Shown here: piece by piece, positions 1 through 8,998 of the stretch | Layout: each line of letters begins with the position of its first letter | Position numbering within the stretch: the stretch's first letter is position 1 | Assembly (NCBI GenBank): GCA_036269455.1 | Contig: DATARS010000117.1 | Span: 260 to 64,259, forward strand | DNA length: 64,000 nt | Direction of reading: 5' to 3' | DNA from: Candidatus Dormiibacterota bacterium | Lineage (GTDB): Bacteria; Chloroflexota; Dormibacteria; Aeolococcales; Aeolococcaceae | Program-made: the position numbers and the translations under genes | Notes under the pieces: model-generated | Database searches by the model: none | Seen by the model: the letters and a program-made list of their open reading frames with translations, nothing else | What the model was told of the DNA's origin: nothing

Positions 1-280
1 TCAGCAGGACCGAGAAGCCCACGCCCACGGCGACCGCGATCACCGCCATCACCGTCGCGCTCGGGCGCCGGCGTCCCCTCGACCTGCCCGATCGCCGTGC
101 CAGCCCAGGAACCCGAGTCACGGTGTCTCCCCCCATCGCCACCCTCACGAGTGGCGACATGCTATGGGCGGGCCGTCGCGGGTTCGACCGTTCGTCACAG
201 AGCCGCGTGGTCCATCGCGTCGCCTCGTTGCATCGGTGGCACGGACATCGTGGTGTCCGACCGGTCCGGCAGCGCGGCGC

Positions 281-2991
281 TCAGGGCACCAGCAGGCGGA
301 GCTGGCGGGCGCGCGCCAGCGCTGCCGACCGGCTGCGGACGTCGAGCTTGCCGTAGAGGTTGGACAGGTGCCACTTGACGGTGGCGAGCGACACCGAGAG
401 CCGGTCGGCGAGCTGCTGATTGGAGAGGCCGGCGTTGAGCAGGGTGAGCAGCTCGAGCTCGCGCTGGGTCAGTGGCGGGACCGCGGCGCCGCCGTCGGGT
501 TCCGCCCAGCCCGGGGCGGGAATGGCGCCGCCGGCGCGGCGGCGGATCTCGGCGAAGAGGTCGAGCTCCTCGGGCAGGGCGAAGACCCAGTCGCGCGGGC
601 CGGTGCCGTGGAGGACTGTCGCCACCAGGTCGAGCTGATCGAGCAGTGGATGGTGGATGCGCCGGCGCGCCGCGGCGCCGATCGCCCGGCTCAGCGAGCG
701 CACCGCGGCGGTGCTGTCGCCGGAGCGCACCGCGATCGCGGCGCCGGTGACGTGGAGCTCGACCACCCGCGGCCGCCGCCCGCACTGGGTCGCGGTGCGA
801 AGCTGCTGGTCGACGACGGCGCGCGCCTCGCGGAGGTCGCCGACGGCGACGAGCAGGTCGAGCCGGGCGGCGTCGAGCGCCTCGCGCGCGGCCGCGTGCA
901 TCCCCCGCCGCGGGTCGGCGGGCGCGCCCGGCTGGACGCCGTGGGACTCGCCGAGCTCGATCGCCTCGTCGACGCGCCCGAGCCGGATCAGCCGGCGCGC
1001 CACCCAGCTGTCGAGCATCAGCCGCAGCCGCGGCGGGTAGTCCTGGGCGATGCCGGCGAGCGCCGCGGGCGCGAGCGCGGCGCCGTCGTCCCCGGACCAG
1101 AGCTCGACGGCGGCGTGGAGCCCGGCGCCGGTGGTGTCGACGATCCCGTGCGCCGTCGCCAGCGGAAGGCCGAGCTCGAGCGACGCGCGCGCCTCCTCGA
1201 CCGCGCCGGCGGTCAGCGCGCAGCCGGCGTGCACGAGCGCCGCGGTGGAGACGATCCCCGCATCCCTCCCCAGGGCGCGCTGGGCCCGGGCGAGCGCCTG
1301 GGCGAGGTTGGGGAGGGCGACGTTCACCGCCCCCTGGCGCAGGTCGATGAGCCCGTCGAGCAGCGCCACCCAGGCGTGGCCGTAGTCGCTGGCGGTGCGG
1401 GTGATCGCCGCCTGCGCGGTGCGGATCGCCGCCTTCGCCTCGGCGAAGCCGTGGTCGGCGAGCACCGCGATCGCCTGGGCAGACGCCACCGTCGCGGTGT
1501 CGAAGGGCTCGAGCCCCCTGTCGGTCTCCAGCCAGCGCGCGGCCTCGCGCCGGGCCTGGGGGAGGCGGTCGGTGAAGATGTCGATGGCGACGCGAACCAC
1601 GTCGGCGCGCGAGCGCAGCTCGGCGGGGACCTCGGCGGCGCCGGCGCGGGGCTGCATCCGCCGGAGCAGCCGCGCGACCGCCTGCTGGGCGCGCTCGTAC
1701 CGGCGGGCGAAGACCAGCGCCCAGACGTACCAGCACTCGGTCTCGAGGCTCAGCGGAGTGCGCGCCTCGACCACCCGCTCCACCCAGGCGATGTAGGGGT
1801 CGAGGTCGCCGCGGTCGCGCACGATCGTCGCCGCGTTCTCGTCGAGGATGTCCTGGGCGACGTCGAAGCTCCGCGCCTCCATGGCGTACTCGATGGCGTC
1901 GTGCCAGCTGCCCGCCCGGTGGCACCACTCGGCGGCGCGCCGGCAGATCCGCTCGCGCTCGCGTTCGTCGAGCCGCCGCCGCGCCTCCTCGAGGAGGAAG
2001 TCGCGGAAGAGCGCGTGGAACCGGAACCAGGTGCGGTTGCGGTCGAGGGGGAAGACGAGCACGTTGCGGCGCACCAGCAGGTCGAGCATCGCAGCGGCCT
2101 CGTCGACCCCGCTGGCGTGACGGCAGAGTTCGACCGAGAAGCTGCGCAGCGGCGCGATCCGCGCCAGGAAGTCGACGAGGGCGGGCTCGAAGCCGGAGAG
2201 CACCTGCCGGTTCAGCCACGCCGCCAGGTCGACGTCCGACCCCGAGAACTGCGCGAGCGCACGCACGGGATCGCGGTCCGAGGCGAGCACGATCCCGAGC
2301 AGGCGCACCGCCGCGGGCCAGCCCTCGGTCTGCCGCTGGACGAGGGCGACGGTGGCACCGTCGACGGGGCTGGCGGCGGCGGCGAGCAGCTCGGCGGTCT
2401 CCGCGGTGCTCAGGCTCAGCTCGGCGGTGGAGACCTCACGCATCCGGCCCTCGAGCTTGGCGCGCGCCACGTCGAACCGCGGCAGCTGGCTCGTCGACGC
2501 CACCAGGTGGACGCCGCGGCGGGTGCCGAACACGGCGGCGTCGAGCAGCCGGCCCACGTCCGGAGAGGTGCAGTACCCGAGGTTGTCGACGAAGAGCACG
2601 GTCTCGGCGGCCCCGGCCTCGAGCGCGGCGAGGATCCGCTCGATGCGGCCGTCGGCGTGCGAGCGCGGCTCGCCCTCGAGGAGGTGCACGCCGCCCGGGG
2701 CCCCGGCGCCGAGCGCGGTCTCGAGGTGGGCGAGGAGGTGGTCGAGGTCGGTGTCGCGGTCGTCGAGCGACACCCAGACGCAGCGGGTCCCGCGCTCCTC
2801 GAGGCTGCGGAAGAGGGTGGCGAGCAGGACGGTCTTGCCGTAGCCGGTGGGCGCCGTCGCCAGCAGCAGCTTGGGGAGCGGCGCGCCGGGGTCGAGCAGG
2901 CGGCGGGTCACCTCGGTCTCGACCAGCCGGAAGTCGAAGTAGGGGGGCTCGTACCTGCCCCAGGGCGGCGCCGCCGCCGCGGATCGGGCCA
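281..2991 (-). CDS. LAL-family transcriptional regulator (MalT-like AAA ATPase plus C-terminal LuxR HTH)
   Basis: Walker A APTGYGKTVLLATLF near the N-terminus; long TPR-like helical middle; C-terminal LuxR motif LTQRELELLTLLNAGLSNQQLADRLSVSLATVKWHLSNLYGKL. ORF runs 281..3082; the internal ATG at 2991 (MARSAAAAPPWGRYEPPYFDF) is the more likely start because it leaves a divergent intergenic region before the hydroxylase gene. Alternative start 3082. Confidence 0.85.
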
Positions 2992-3120
2992 TCGCTGCGG
3001 AGTATGGGCCCCGACCCATCCCCGGGAACCCCGACTTTCGGCGGGTCTGCCGCCCCGTCACCCCCGCCCAGAATCGAGCCATCCCCGGACAGCCGGAACC
3101 AGGACGGAGGGCGGCGACCC

Positions 3121-4233
3121 ATGATCGACTACGCGAAGTACCTGCTGGGGCCCGCTCTGCTCGGCCTCCAGATCTACGGGATGTGGCTGGGAGGTGCCTG
3201 GGCCTGGCTCGGGCTCGGGCTGCTCGGCGCGGTGATGCTCGTCGACGTGTTCCTGCCGCGCGACTTCTCCGTCCGCGACCAGCGCCATCCGTGGATCTAC
3301 GACGTCTGCGTGACCGTCAACATGCTCGCGGGGTTCGCCCTGGTCTTCACCTTCGCCTGGTTGGCCGGGCACGACCACTTCCGCGACGGCGGCTTCGCCG
3401 GCGCCTTCGCCGGCACCCTCGTCTTCGGGTTCGTGGTCTCGGCGCCGCCGGTGCACGAGCTCTTCCACCGCGAGCAGCTCTTCCAGCGCACCATGGGCCG
3501 CCTCGGCCTCGCGCTGGTCGGCGACCCCTGGCGGGAGATCACCCACGTCGTCACCCATCACCTCAAGGTGGCGACCCCCGACGATCCCGACACCGCCCGG
3601 CGCGGCGACACCATCTACCGGCACTTCGCCCGCACCTTCCCCGGCCAGATCGTCGACGCCTACCGGCTGGAGCGGACGATCTGGACCAAGCGCGAGCGGC
3701 CCTGGTGGCATCCGCGCAACCGCTGGGTGCGCTGCACCGCCGGGATGACCGCGTTCTACGGGGCGCTGTTCGTCACCGGCGGTCTCTCCGGGATGCTCTG
3801 GACCGGTGCGGCGATCCTCTTCGGACCGCGCCTGCTGCTGGAGTGCTTCAACTACTGCAACCACTACGGCCTGGTGACCGAGACGCCGGGGCAGTTCCAG
3901 CGGCGGCACACCTGGAACCACCTCACCCCGTTCGTGCGCATCCTCGCGCTCGAGATCACCAACCACGCCGGCCACCACGCCGACAGCTACAAGCCCTTCT
4001 ACGAGCTGGTGCCCGACCGCACCGGTCCGCAGCAGCCCCACTTCCTGCTCTGCGTGCTCACCTCGTTCGTGCCGCCGATCTGGCACCGGATGATCATCCG
4101 GCCGCTGCTCGAGGACTGGGACGAGCGCTTCGCCACCCCGCGCGAGCGCCGGCTGGCGCACGAGGCCAACCTCCGCGCCGGCTGGGTGGACGCGGGCGCC
4201 GCCCCGGTGATCGCCACCGGTGGAGCGTCGTGA
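3121..4233 (+). CDS. membrane di-iron hydroxylase of the AlkB/XylM family (alkane/xylene monooxygenase hydroxylase subunit-like)
   Basis: Four His boxes typical of AlkB/XylM: HELFHRE, HVVTHH, NYCNHYGL, NHAGHHADS; several hydrophobic TM segments; GGAGG RBS 8 nt upstream of the ATG at 3121 (the longer ORF from 3004 is Pro/Gly-rich leader, rejected). Confidence 0.85.
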   Translation: MIDYAKYLLGPALLGLQIYGMWLGGAWAWLGLGLLGAVMLVDVFLPRDFSVRDQRHPWIYDVCVTVNMLAGFALVFTFAWLAGHDHFRDGGFAGAFAGTLVFGFVVSAPPVHELFHREQLFQRTMGRLGLALVGDPWREITHVVTHHLKVATPDDPDTARRGDTIYRHFARTFPGQIVDAYRLERTIWTKRERPWWHPRNRWVRCTAGMTAFYGALFVTGGLSGMLWTGAAILFGPRLLLECFNYCNHYGLVTETPGQFQRRHTWNHLTPFVRILALEITNHAGHHADSYKPFYELVPDRTGPQQPHFLLCVLTSFVPPIWHRMIIRPLLEDWDERFATPRERRLAHEANLRAGWVDAGAAPVIATGGAS

Positions 4234-5303
4234 TGGGCCTCTTCGGCCGCACCCCGCCGCCGTCCACCTGCAGGGTGCGCGTGGCCAACGCCGAGCTCAC
4301 CTTCGAGGTGCCGCGCAACCGGCTGCTGCTCGGGTCCGCGCTCGACCAGGGCGTCGCCTACCCGCACAACTGCCGGGTGGGGACGTGCGGGAGCTGCAAG
4401 ACCCGGCTGGTGAGCGGCCGGATCCGTCCGCTCATCGACTTCGCGCTCTCGCCGCTGACCGCCGCGGAGCTGAAGGACGGATGCATCCTCGCCTGCCAGT
4501 CCAAGGTGCTCGGCGACCTGGAGATCGAGGCGCCGATCGCCCGCGGCGGCGGCGTCGCCGTGCAGCGGGTGACCGGGCGCATCGAGAGCGCGCAGACGAT
4601 CGCCGCCGACGTCGTCGACCTGCGCCTGCGGCTGGACGAATCCTTCCGCCATCAGCCAGGCCAGTGGGTCTCGATCGGCGCCCGCGAGAGCGAGGTGCGC
4701 CGCGCCTACTCCCTCCACACCCCCTGCGATCCGGCGGGCACCACCGAGGCCGGCTTCTACATCAAGCGGCTGCCCGGCGGCGCCTTCTCCGAGTGGCTCT
4801 TCGGCGCCGACCGCACCGGGATCGAGATGGATCTGCTCGGACCGTTCGGCGTCCTCGGCGACCAGGAGATCATCGGGCACAACGTCTGCGTCGCCGGGTC
4901 CACCGGGCTCGCCCCGGTCGTCTGCCTCATCGAGGCGGCGCTGGAGGGGTCGCCGCAGCCGCGCTTCACCCTGGTGTTCGGCGTCCGCGATGCCGAGGAC
5001 CTCTTCGCCCTCGACCGCCTCGAGGCGCTCGCGCAGCGCCACCCCGGACGGCTGCGGGTCGTCCCGATGCTCTCCCACGAGCCTGCGGGCAGCCGCTGGC
5101 AGGGCGGGCGCGGGCTGGTCACCGAGGCGCTGACCGCCGACCTGGAGATCGACCCCGAGACGACTCAGGCCTTCCTCTGCGGCGGCGTCGCGATGGTCGA
5201 CGCCTGCGAGCGGCGGCTGCGCGAGCTCGGCGTCGCGCCGGAGCGGGTCCACGCCGACCGCTTCGTGCCGACCGGCGCCACGGTCGCGGCGATCACCGTC
5301 TGA
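4233..5303 (+). CDS. ferredoxin-NAD(P)H reductase (N-terminal plant-type 2Fe-2S ferredoxin plus FNR-like FAD/NAD domain), XylA/MmoC-like electron-transfer partner
   Basis: Cys cluster CRVGTCGSCKTRLVSG...C (2Fe-2S), FNR motifs RAYSL (FAD) and GSTGLAP (NAD). ATG overlaps the upstream stop (TGATG), i.e. translationally coupled to the hydroxylase gene. The long ORF 3183..5303 upstream of 4233 is an artefactual extension. Confidence 0.85.
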   Translation: MGLFGRTPPPSTCRVRVANAELTFEVPRNRLLLGSALDQGVAYPHNCRVGTCGSCKTRLVSGRIRPLIDFALSPLTAAELKDGCILACQSKVLGDLEIEAPIARGGGVAVQRVTGRIESAQTIAADVVDLRLRLDESFRHQPGQWVSIGARESEVRRAYSLHTPCDPAGTTEAGFYIKRLPGGAFSEWLFGADRTGIEMDLLGPFGVLGDQEIIGHNVCVAGSTGLAPVVCLIEAALEGSPQPRFTLVFGVRDAEDLFALDRLEALAQRHPGRLRVVPMLSHEPAGSRWQGGRGLVTEALTADLEIDPETTQAFLCGGVAMVDACERRLRELGVAPERVHADRFVPTGATVAAITV

Positions 5304-6552
5304 GCAGCTGCGGCGGCCGGTCGACCAGCGCCTGGTAGACCAGGGTGCGGAACTGCGAGCGGATGGGGTGCGTGCTCGACGGCATCAGCTGGGTGAGGAA
5401 GATCGCGGTGAGCTCCTCGGTGGGGTCGATCCAGAACGCGGTGCTGGCGGCGCCGCCCCAGGCGATCTCGCCCGCCGAGCAGAGCGAGCGGCCCTTCGTC
5501 GGGTCGACGACGACCGAGACGCCGAGCCCGAAGCCGACCCCGCTGAAGGGCATCTCCGCGAAGAGTGGACGGCCGACCTCCTCGAGGTCGGCCCCGCCGG
5601 GGAGGTGGTTGCGGGACATGTAGTCGACGGTGCGGCTGCCGAGCAGCCGGACGCCGTCGAGGCTGCCGCCGCCGAGCAGCATCCTGGTGAAGCGGTGGTA
5701 GTCGGCCGCGGTCGACACCAGGCCGCCGCCCCCGGAGAGGAAGGCCGGCGGCCGCCGGCCGACGACGTCGAAGGCGGCGTTGCGCACCGCGCGGCCGGTG
5801 CGCGGGTCGGGGGCGTAGAGGGTCGCCAGCCGGTCATCGTCGGTCCAGAAGGCGGTCCCGGTCATCCCCAGCGGGGCGAGGATCCGCTCCTCCAGGAAGC
5901 GGTCGAGCGGCTGGCCGGAGACGACCTCGACGACCCGTCCGAGGACGTCGGTCGAGACCGAGTAGTTCCACTCCGTGCCCGGCTGGAAGACGAGCGGCAG
6001 CGCCGCCCAGGCGTCGCAGCAGGCGGCGAGGTCCATGTCCTTGGGCGAGCCCCACTCGAAGCCGGCGGCGCGGTACATGGCGTCGACGGGGTGGGCGTGG
6101 TGGAAGCCGTAGGTGAGCCCGGATGTGTGGGTGAGCAGGTGCCAGATCCGAACCGGCTCCTGGGCGGGGACGGTCAGCGGCTTGAGCGACGAGCCCTTGC
6201 TGTAGACACGGACGTTGTCGAAGGCTGGGATGTACCGCGCCACCGGGTCGGTGAGCGCGAGACGGCCCTCCTCGTAGAGCATCAGCGCCGCCACCGAGGT
6301 GATCGGCTTGGTCATCGAGAAGATCCGCCAGCGGGTGTCGAGCTCGACCGGGAGCTTCGCATCGATGTCGCGCATTCCGCTGCGGGAGAGATGCGCCACC
6401 CGCCCGAAGCGGCTGACCAGCGCGATCCATCCGGCCAGCCGGCCGTCCTCGACGTAGCCGTCGAAGAGCCGATCGATGCGCGCCAGCCGCTCGGGGTCGA
6501 GGCCGACCTCGCCGGGCTCCACCTCGATCCTCAGTCCGCTCTCCTCCGCCAT
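5293..6552 (-). CDS. serine hydrolase, beta-lactamase/esterase (class C-like) family
   Basis: S-x-x-K motif FSMTKPITS, YSVS and HTSG elements, 419 aa; convergent with the reductase gene, overlapping it by 11 nt. Confidence 0.8.
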   Translation of the reverse strand: MAEESGLRIEVEPGEVGLDPERLARIDRLFDGYVEDGRLAGWIALVSRFGRVAHLSRSGMRDIDAKLPVELDTRWRIFSMTKPITSVAALMLYEEGRLALTDPVARYIPAFDNVRVYSKGSSLKPLTVPAQEPVRIWHLLTHTSGLTYGFHHAHPVDAMYRAAGFEWGSPKDMDLAACCDAWAALPLVFQPGTEWNYSVSTDVLGRVVEVVSGQPLDRFLEERILAPLGMTGTAFWTDDDRLATLYAPDPRTGRAVRNAAFDVVGRRPPAFLSGGGGLVSTAADYHRFTRMLLGGGSLDGVRLLGSRTVDYMSRNHLPGGADLEEVGRPLFAEMPFSGVGFGLGVSVVVDPTKGRSLCSAGEIAWGGAASTAFWIDPTEELTAIFLTQLMPSSTHPIRSQFRTLVYQALVDRPPQLLRR

Positions 6553-6666
6553 CGATCACCTCCCAGCCCGCCGGCGCGACGCCGACCATTGTGCCCGCGA
6601 CCGGCCGTTCCACGGCCTGCGCCGGGTCCGGAGAAAGGCCACAACTGCAAGAAGTCCAACAGCTGT

Positions 6667-6696
6667 TTGACACGGATGAATCATTGGGAGTAGCGT
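6667..6696 (+). promoter_or_regulatory. sigma70-like promoter candidate (TTGACA-18-TAGCGT) in a locally AT-richer leader upstream of the 6807 operon
   Basis: TTGACA at 6667-6672 and a TAnnnT-type -10 (TAGCGT) at 6691-6696; the surrounding 6600-6800 region has visibly lower GC than the rest of the window. Confidence 0.4.
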
Positions 6697-6806
6697 AAGC
6701 ACCACGGGTGGCGGCGCGGACGGTGTGTTGTTCCCGAGGAGTGAGGGAGGGGGTGTGCAGACGTCCTCATGGTGATGTGACACAGATGACGTATCTGCGC
6801 TGACGG

Positions 6807-7874
6807 ATGTCTGGCGGCGGCGGCCGCCCAGCGGAATGGGAAGGGATGATGAACGCGACTGCTGCTGCTGCCATGAAATGGACCTATGTGACCAGAACGT
6901 TGCCGCATGGCACCCCCATGACGGTGGGGGAGTGGCGGCGGCCTCCTCGGCCGGGCGATCTGGTGATCGCGCGGATCACCGAGATCGGGGTGCACGACCA
7001 CGCCGAGAACCGCAACGGCCGGCGCATGCGTCTGCACTGCGGCGACGTGGTGGTGGGTGCGCTCGGCAATCGCTACGCCACCGACTTCTACGAGGGCTAC
7101 GTCCTCGACAGTCAGAGCGCCCACCTGCTCACCGCCGGCGGGATGATCGGGTCGGTGGTCTCCAGCCACGACATTCACGGCCATCCCACCGCGCTCGAGA
7201 TCATCGGCGGCCTGGTCGGCGCTGACGGCGAGGCGCTCTCCACCGAGGACTTCGCCCGTCCCTTCCCGGCCGCGCCGCTCCGGCGTCCGCCGGTGCTGGT
7301 GGTCGTCGGCTCGGGGATGAACGCGGGCAAGACCACCACCGCGGCGGCGATGGTCCGGGGCTGGACCCGCGCGGGGATGCGCGTCGGCGCCGGCAAGGTG
7401 ACCGGTTCGGGCAGCGGCAAGGACCGCTGGGAGTACCTGGACTCCGGGGCCGCGGCGGTCGCCGACTTCCTCGACTTCGGGATGCCCTCGACCTTCGGCT
7501 ACCCCGGCGACCGGCTGGTGGCGACGATGTTCGCCATCCGCGACACCCTCGCCGTCGAGGGCTGCGACGCCATCGTCCTGGAGATCGCCGACGGGCTGCT
7601 GATGCCCGAGACCGCGCGTCTGCTCCGCCACCTTCGCGGCGAGGTCGACGGCATCGTGCTCGCCACCGGGGACGCGCTGTCGGCGCGCTCGGGGATGGAC
7701 ATCCTCCGCGAGCACGACCTGCCGGTGCGCGCGCTCAGCGGCCTGCTGAGCCGCAGCCCGCTGGCGGCGCGCGAGGCGCTGCGCGCCACCGGGATGCCCG
7801 TCCGCACCGCCTCCGAGCTGGCCGCCGGCGAGGCCCTCGACCTCCTCCCCACCGCCGTCTCCGCCGCGCTGTGA
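6807..7874 (+). CDS. P-loop protein of the BioD/CobQ/DUF1611-like clan (dethiobiotin-synthetase-like nucleotide-binding fold) with an unassigned N-terminal domain
   Basis: Motif VVVGSGMNAGKTTTAAAMVRGWTRAGMRVGAGKVTGSG resembles the BioD/CobB/CobQ/DUF1611 glycine-rich loop (GTxxxVGKTT) followed by the G-x-K-P-V-x-SG-like segment. Start could also be the ATG at 6846 or 6873. Stop overlaps the next start (GTGA). Confidence 0.6.
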   Translation: MSGGGGRPAEWEGMMNATAAAAMKWTYVTRTLPHGTPMTVGEWRRPPRPGDLVIARITEIGVHDHAENRNGRRMRLHCGDVVVGALGNRYATDFYEGYVLDSQSAHLLTAGGMIGSVVSSHDIHGHPTALEIIGGLVGADGEALSTEDFARPFPAAPLRRPPVLVVVGSGMNAGKTTTAAAMVRGWTRAGMRVGAGKVTGSGSGKDRWEYLDSGAAAVADFLDFGMPSTFGYPGDRLVATMFAIRDTLAVEGCDAIVLEIADGLLMPETARLLRHLRGEVDGIVLATGDALSARSGMDILREHDLPVRALSGLLSRSPLAAREALRATGMPVRTASELAAGEALDLLPTAVSAAL

Positions 7875-8998
7875 TCGTCACCGCCCGAGTGCGGTGGGGG
7901 CGGGGACACCCGCCCCCCGGTGGTCTCGAGGAGGTGGAGCTGGCGGTGGAGCGGGTGGAGGACCGCGCCCTGGTCCTCCCCGGCCTCACCGTGGCCTGCC
8001 CCGGCGAGGCCGCGCTCTTCGACGGCCCCGACCTCCGCTTCGACCCCCGGCAGGGAGGCCGGCCCGGCGCCGATCCCGCGCACCTCCGCGAGGCGCTCGC
8101 CTTCGGCGTGGTGAACACCGCGTACCACCTCGACCGCGCGCTGCGCTGGGTCTCCGCGATGCGCGGTCGCGCCCTGCCGCCGCTGACGGTGCGCGTCGGC
8201 GCCCATGCCGCCCAGAACCCCGGCTGGGGCGGCGGCCACTACCGCCTCCCCGCGACCGGCTACAGCACCCTGCCCGAGGAGGAGGCGCCGGCGGTCACCG
8301 GGGAGATCCACCTCGGCACCGGCGGACGGCTGGTCTCGCTCGAGGGCCGCGCATACCTGCACACCAGCAGCCACGACCCGGCGATCGTCTGCCACGAGTT
8401 CGGCCACCACCTGCTCAGCCATACCGCCGACCTGCGCTGCAACCGGCGGCGTCCCCCGGCCGAGCAGACCAACCGGCGGACGCCGCTCGACGAGGGCATC
8501 AGCGACTACGTCGCCGCGGTGCTGATCGGCACCCCGGACATCTACGGCTGGCACCGGGCCTCGGTGCCGTCCTGGTCGGAGCGGCGGCGGCGCCTCGACG
8601 TGCCCCGCACCATGGCGCACTTCGTCGGCGGTCATCGCAGCGACCCGCATGCCGACGGCGCCATCTGGTCGGCGGCGCTGTGGGCGGCGCGCACCGAGGT
8701 CGAGCGCCGTGGGATCGCGCCGGAGCGCTTCGACGCCGTGATGGTGCGGTCGCTCGACCGCATCGGCCGGGTGGGGGAGGGGCTTCCCACCGAGGAGGCA
8801 CAGCGCCGCCGGCGCCGCTTCGCCGGCGCTCTCGAGGCGATCCTCGAGGAGGACGCGGCCGGCGGCGGCGAGATGGCAGACATCGTGGAGAGCGTGTTCG
8901 CGGGGCGCGGCATCGAGCTCGGCACCGCCAACAACGCGGCGCGCTGGCGGGCCCGGCGGGCGCGGCCGGTCCCGGCCCCGATCGCGGCGAGCGCATGA
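7871..8998 (+). CDS. thermolysin-like (gluzincin, M4-like) zinc metalloprotease homolog, no signal peptide
   Basis: HEFGHH (HExxH) followed 27 aa later by DEGISDY, matching the thermolysin third-ligand motif (N-E-A-I-S-D-I); N-terminus is not signal-peptide-like; coupled to flanking genes by GTGA/ATGA overlaps. Confidence 0.6.
   Translation: MIVTARVRWGRGHPPPGGLEEVELAVERVEDRALVLPGLTVACPGEAALFDGPDLRFDPRQGGRPGADPAHLREALAFGVVNTAYHLDRALRWVSAMRGRALPPLTVRVGAHAAQNPGWGGGHYRLPATGYSTLPEEEAPAVTGEIHLGTGGRLVSLEGRAYLHTSSHDPAIVCHEFGHHLLSHTADLRCNRRRPPAEQTNRRTPLDEGISDYVAAVLIGTPDIYGWHRASVPSWSERRRRLDVPRTMAHFVGGHRSDPHADGAIWSAALWAARTEVERRGIAPERFDAVMVRSLDRIGRVGEGLPTEEAQRRRRRFAGALEAILEEDAAGGGEMADIVESVFAGRGIELGTANNAARWRARRARPVPAPIAASA

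Noticed and set aside
1-280. Possible partial gene at the left edge
   Set aside because: No ORF with motif support reaches the edge; left unannotated.
164-3124. 986-aa plus-strand ORF (and 195..2219 minus, 674 aa) overlapping the LAL regulator gene
   Set aside because: Arg/Ala/Gly/Pro-dominated composition with no motif, typical of alternate-frame ORFs in 72% GC DNA; the 281..3082 minus frame carries clear Walker A and LuxR HTH motifs.
3183-4232. N-terminal 350-aa extension of the reductase ORF (3183..5303) and antisense ORFs 3058..4161 and 3999..5252
   Set aside because: The extension overlaps the His-box hydroxylase gene in another frame and is Arg/Pro-rich; the reductase has a proper ATG at 4233 overlapping the hydroxylase stop.
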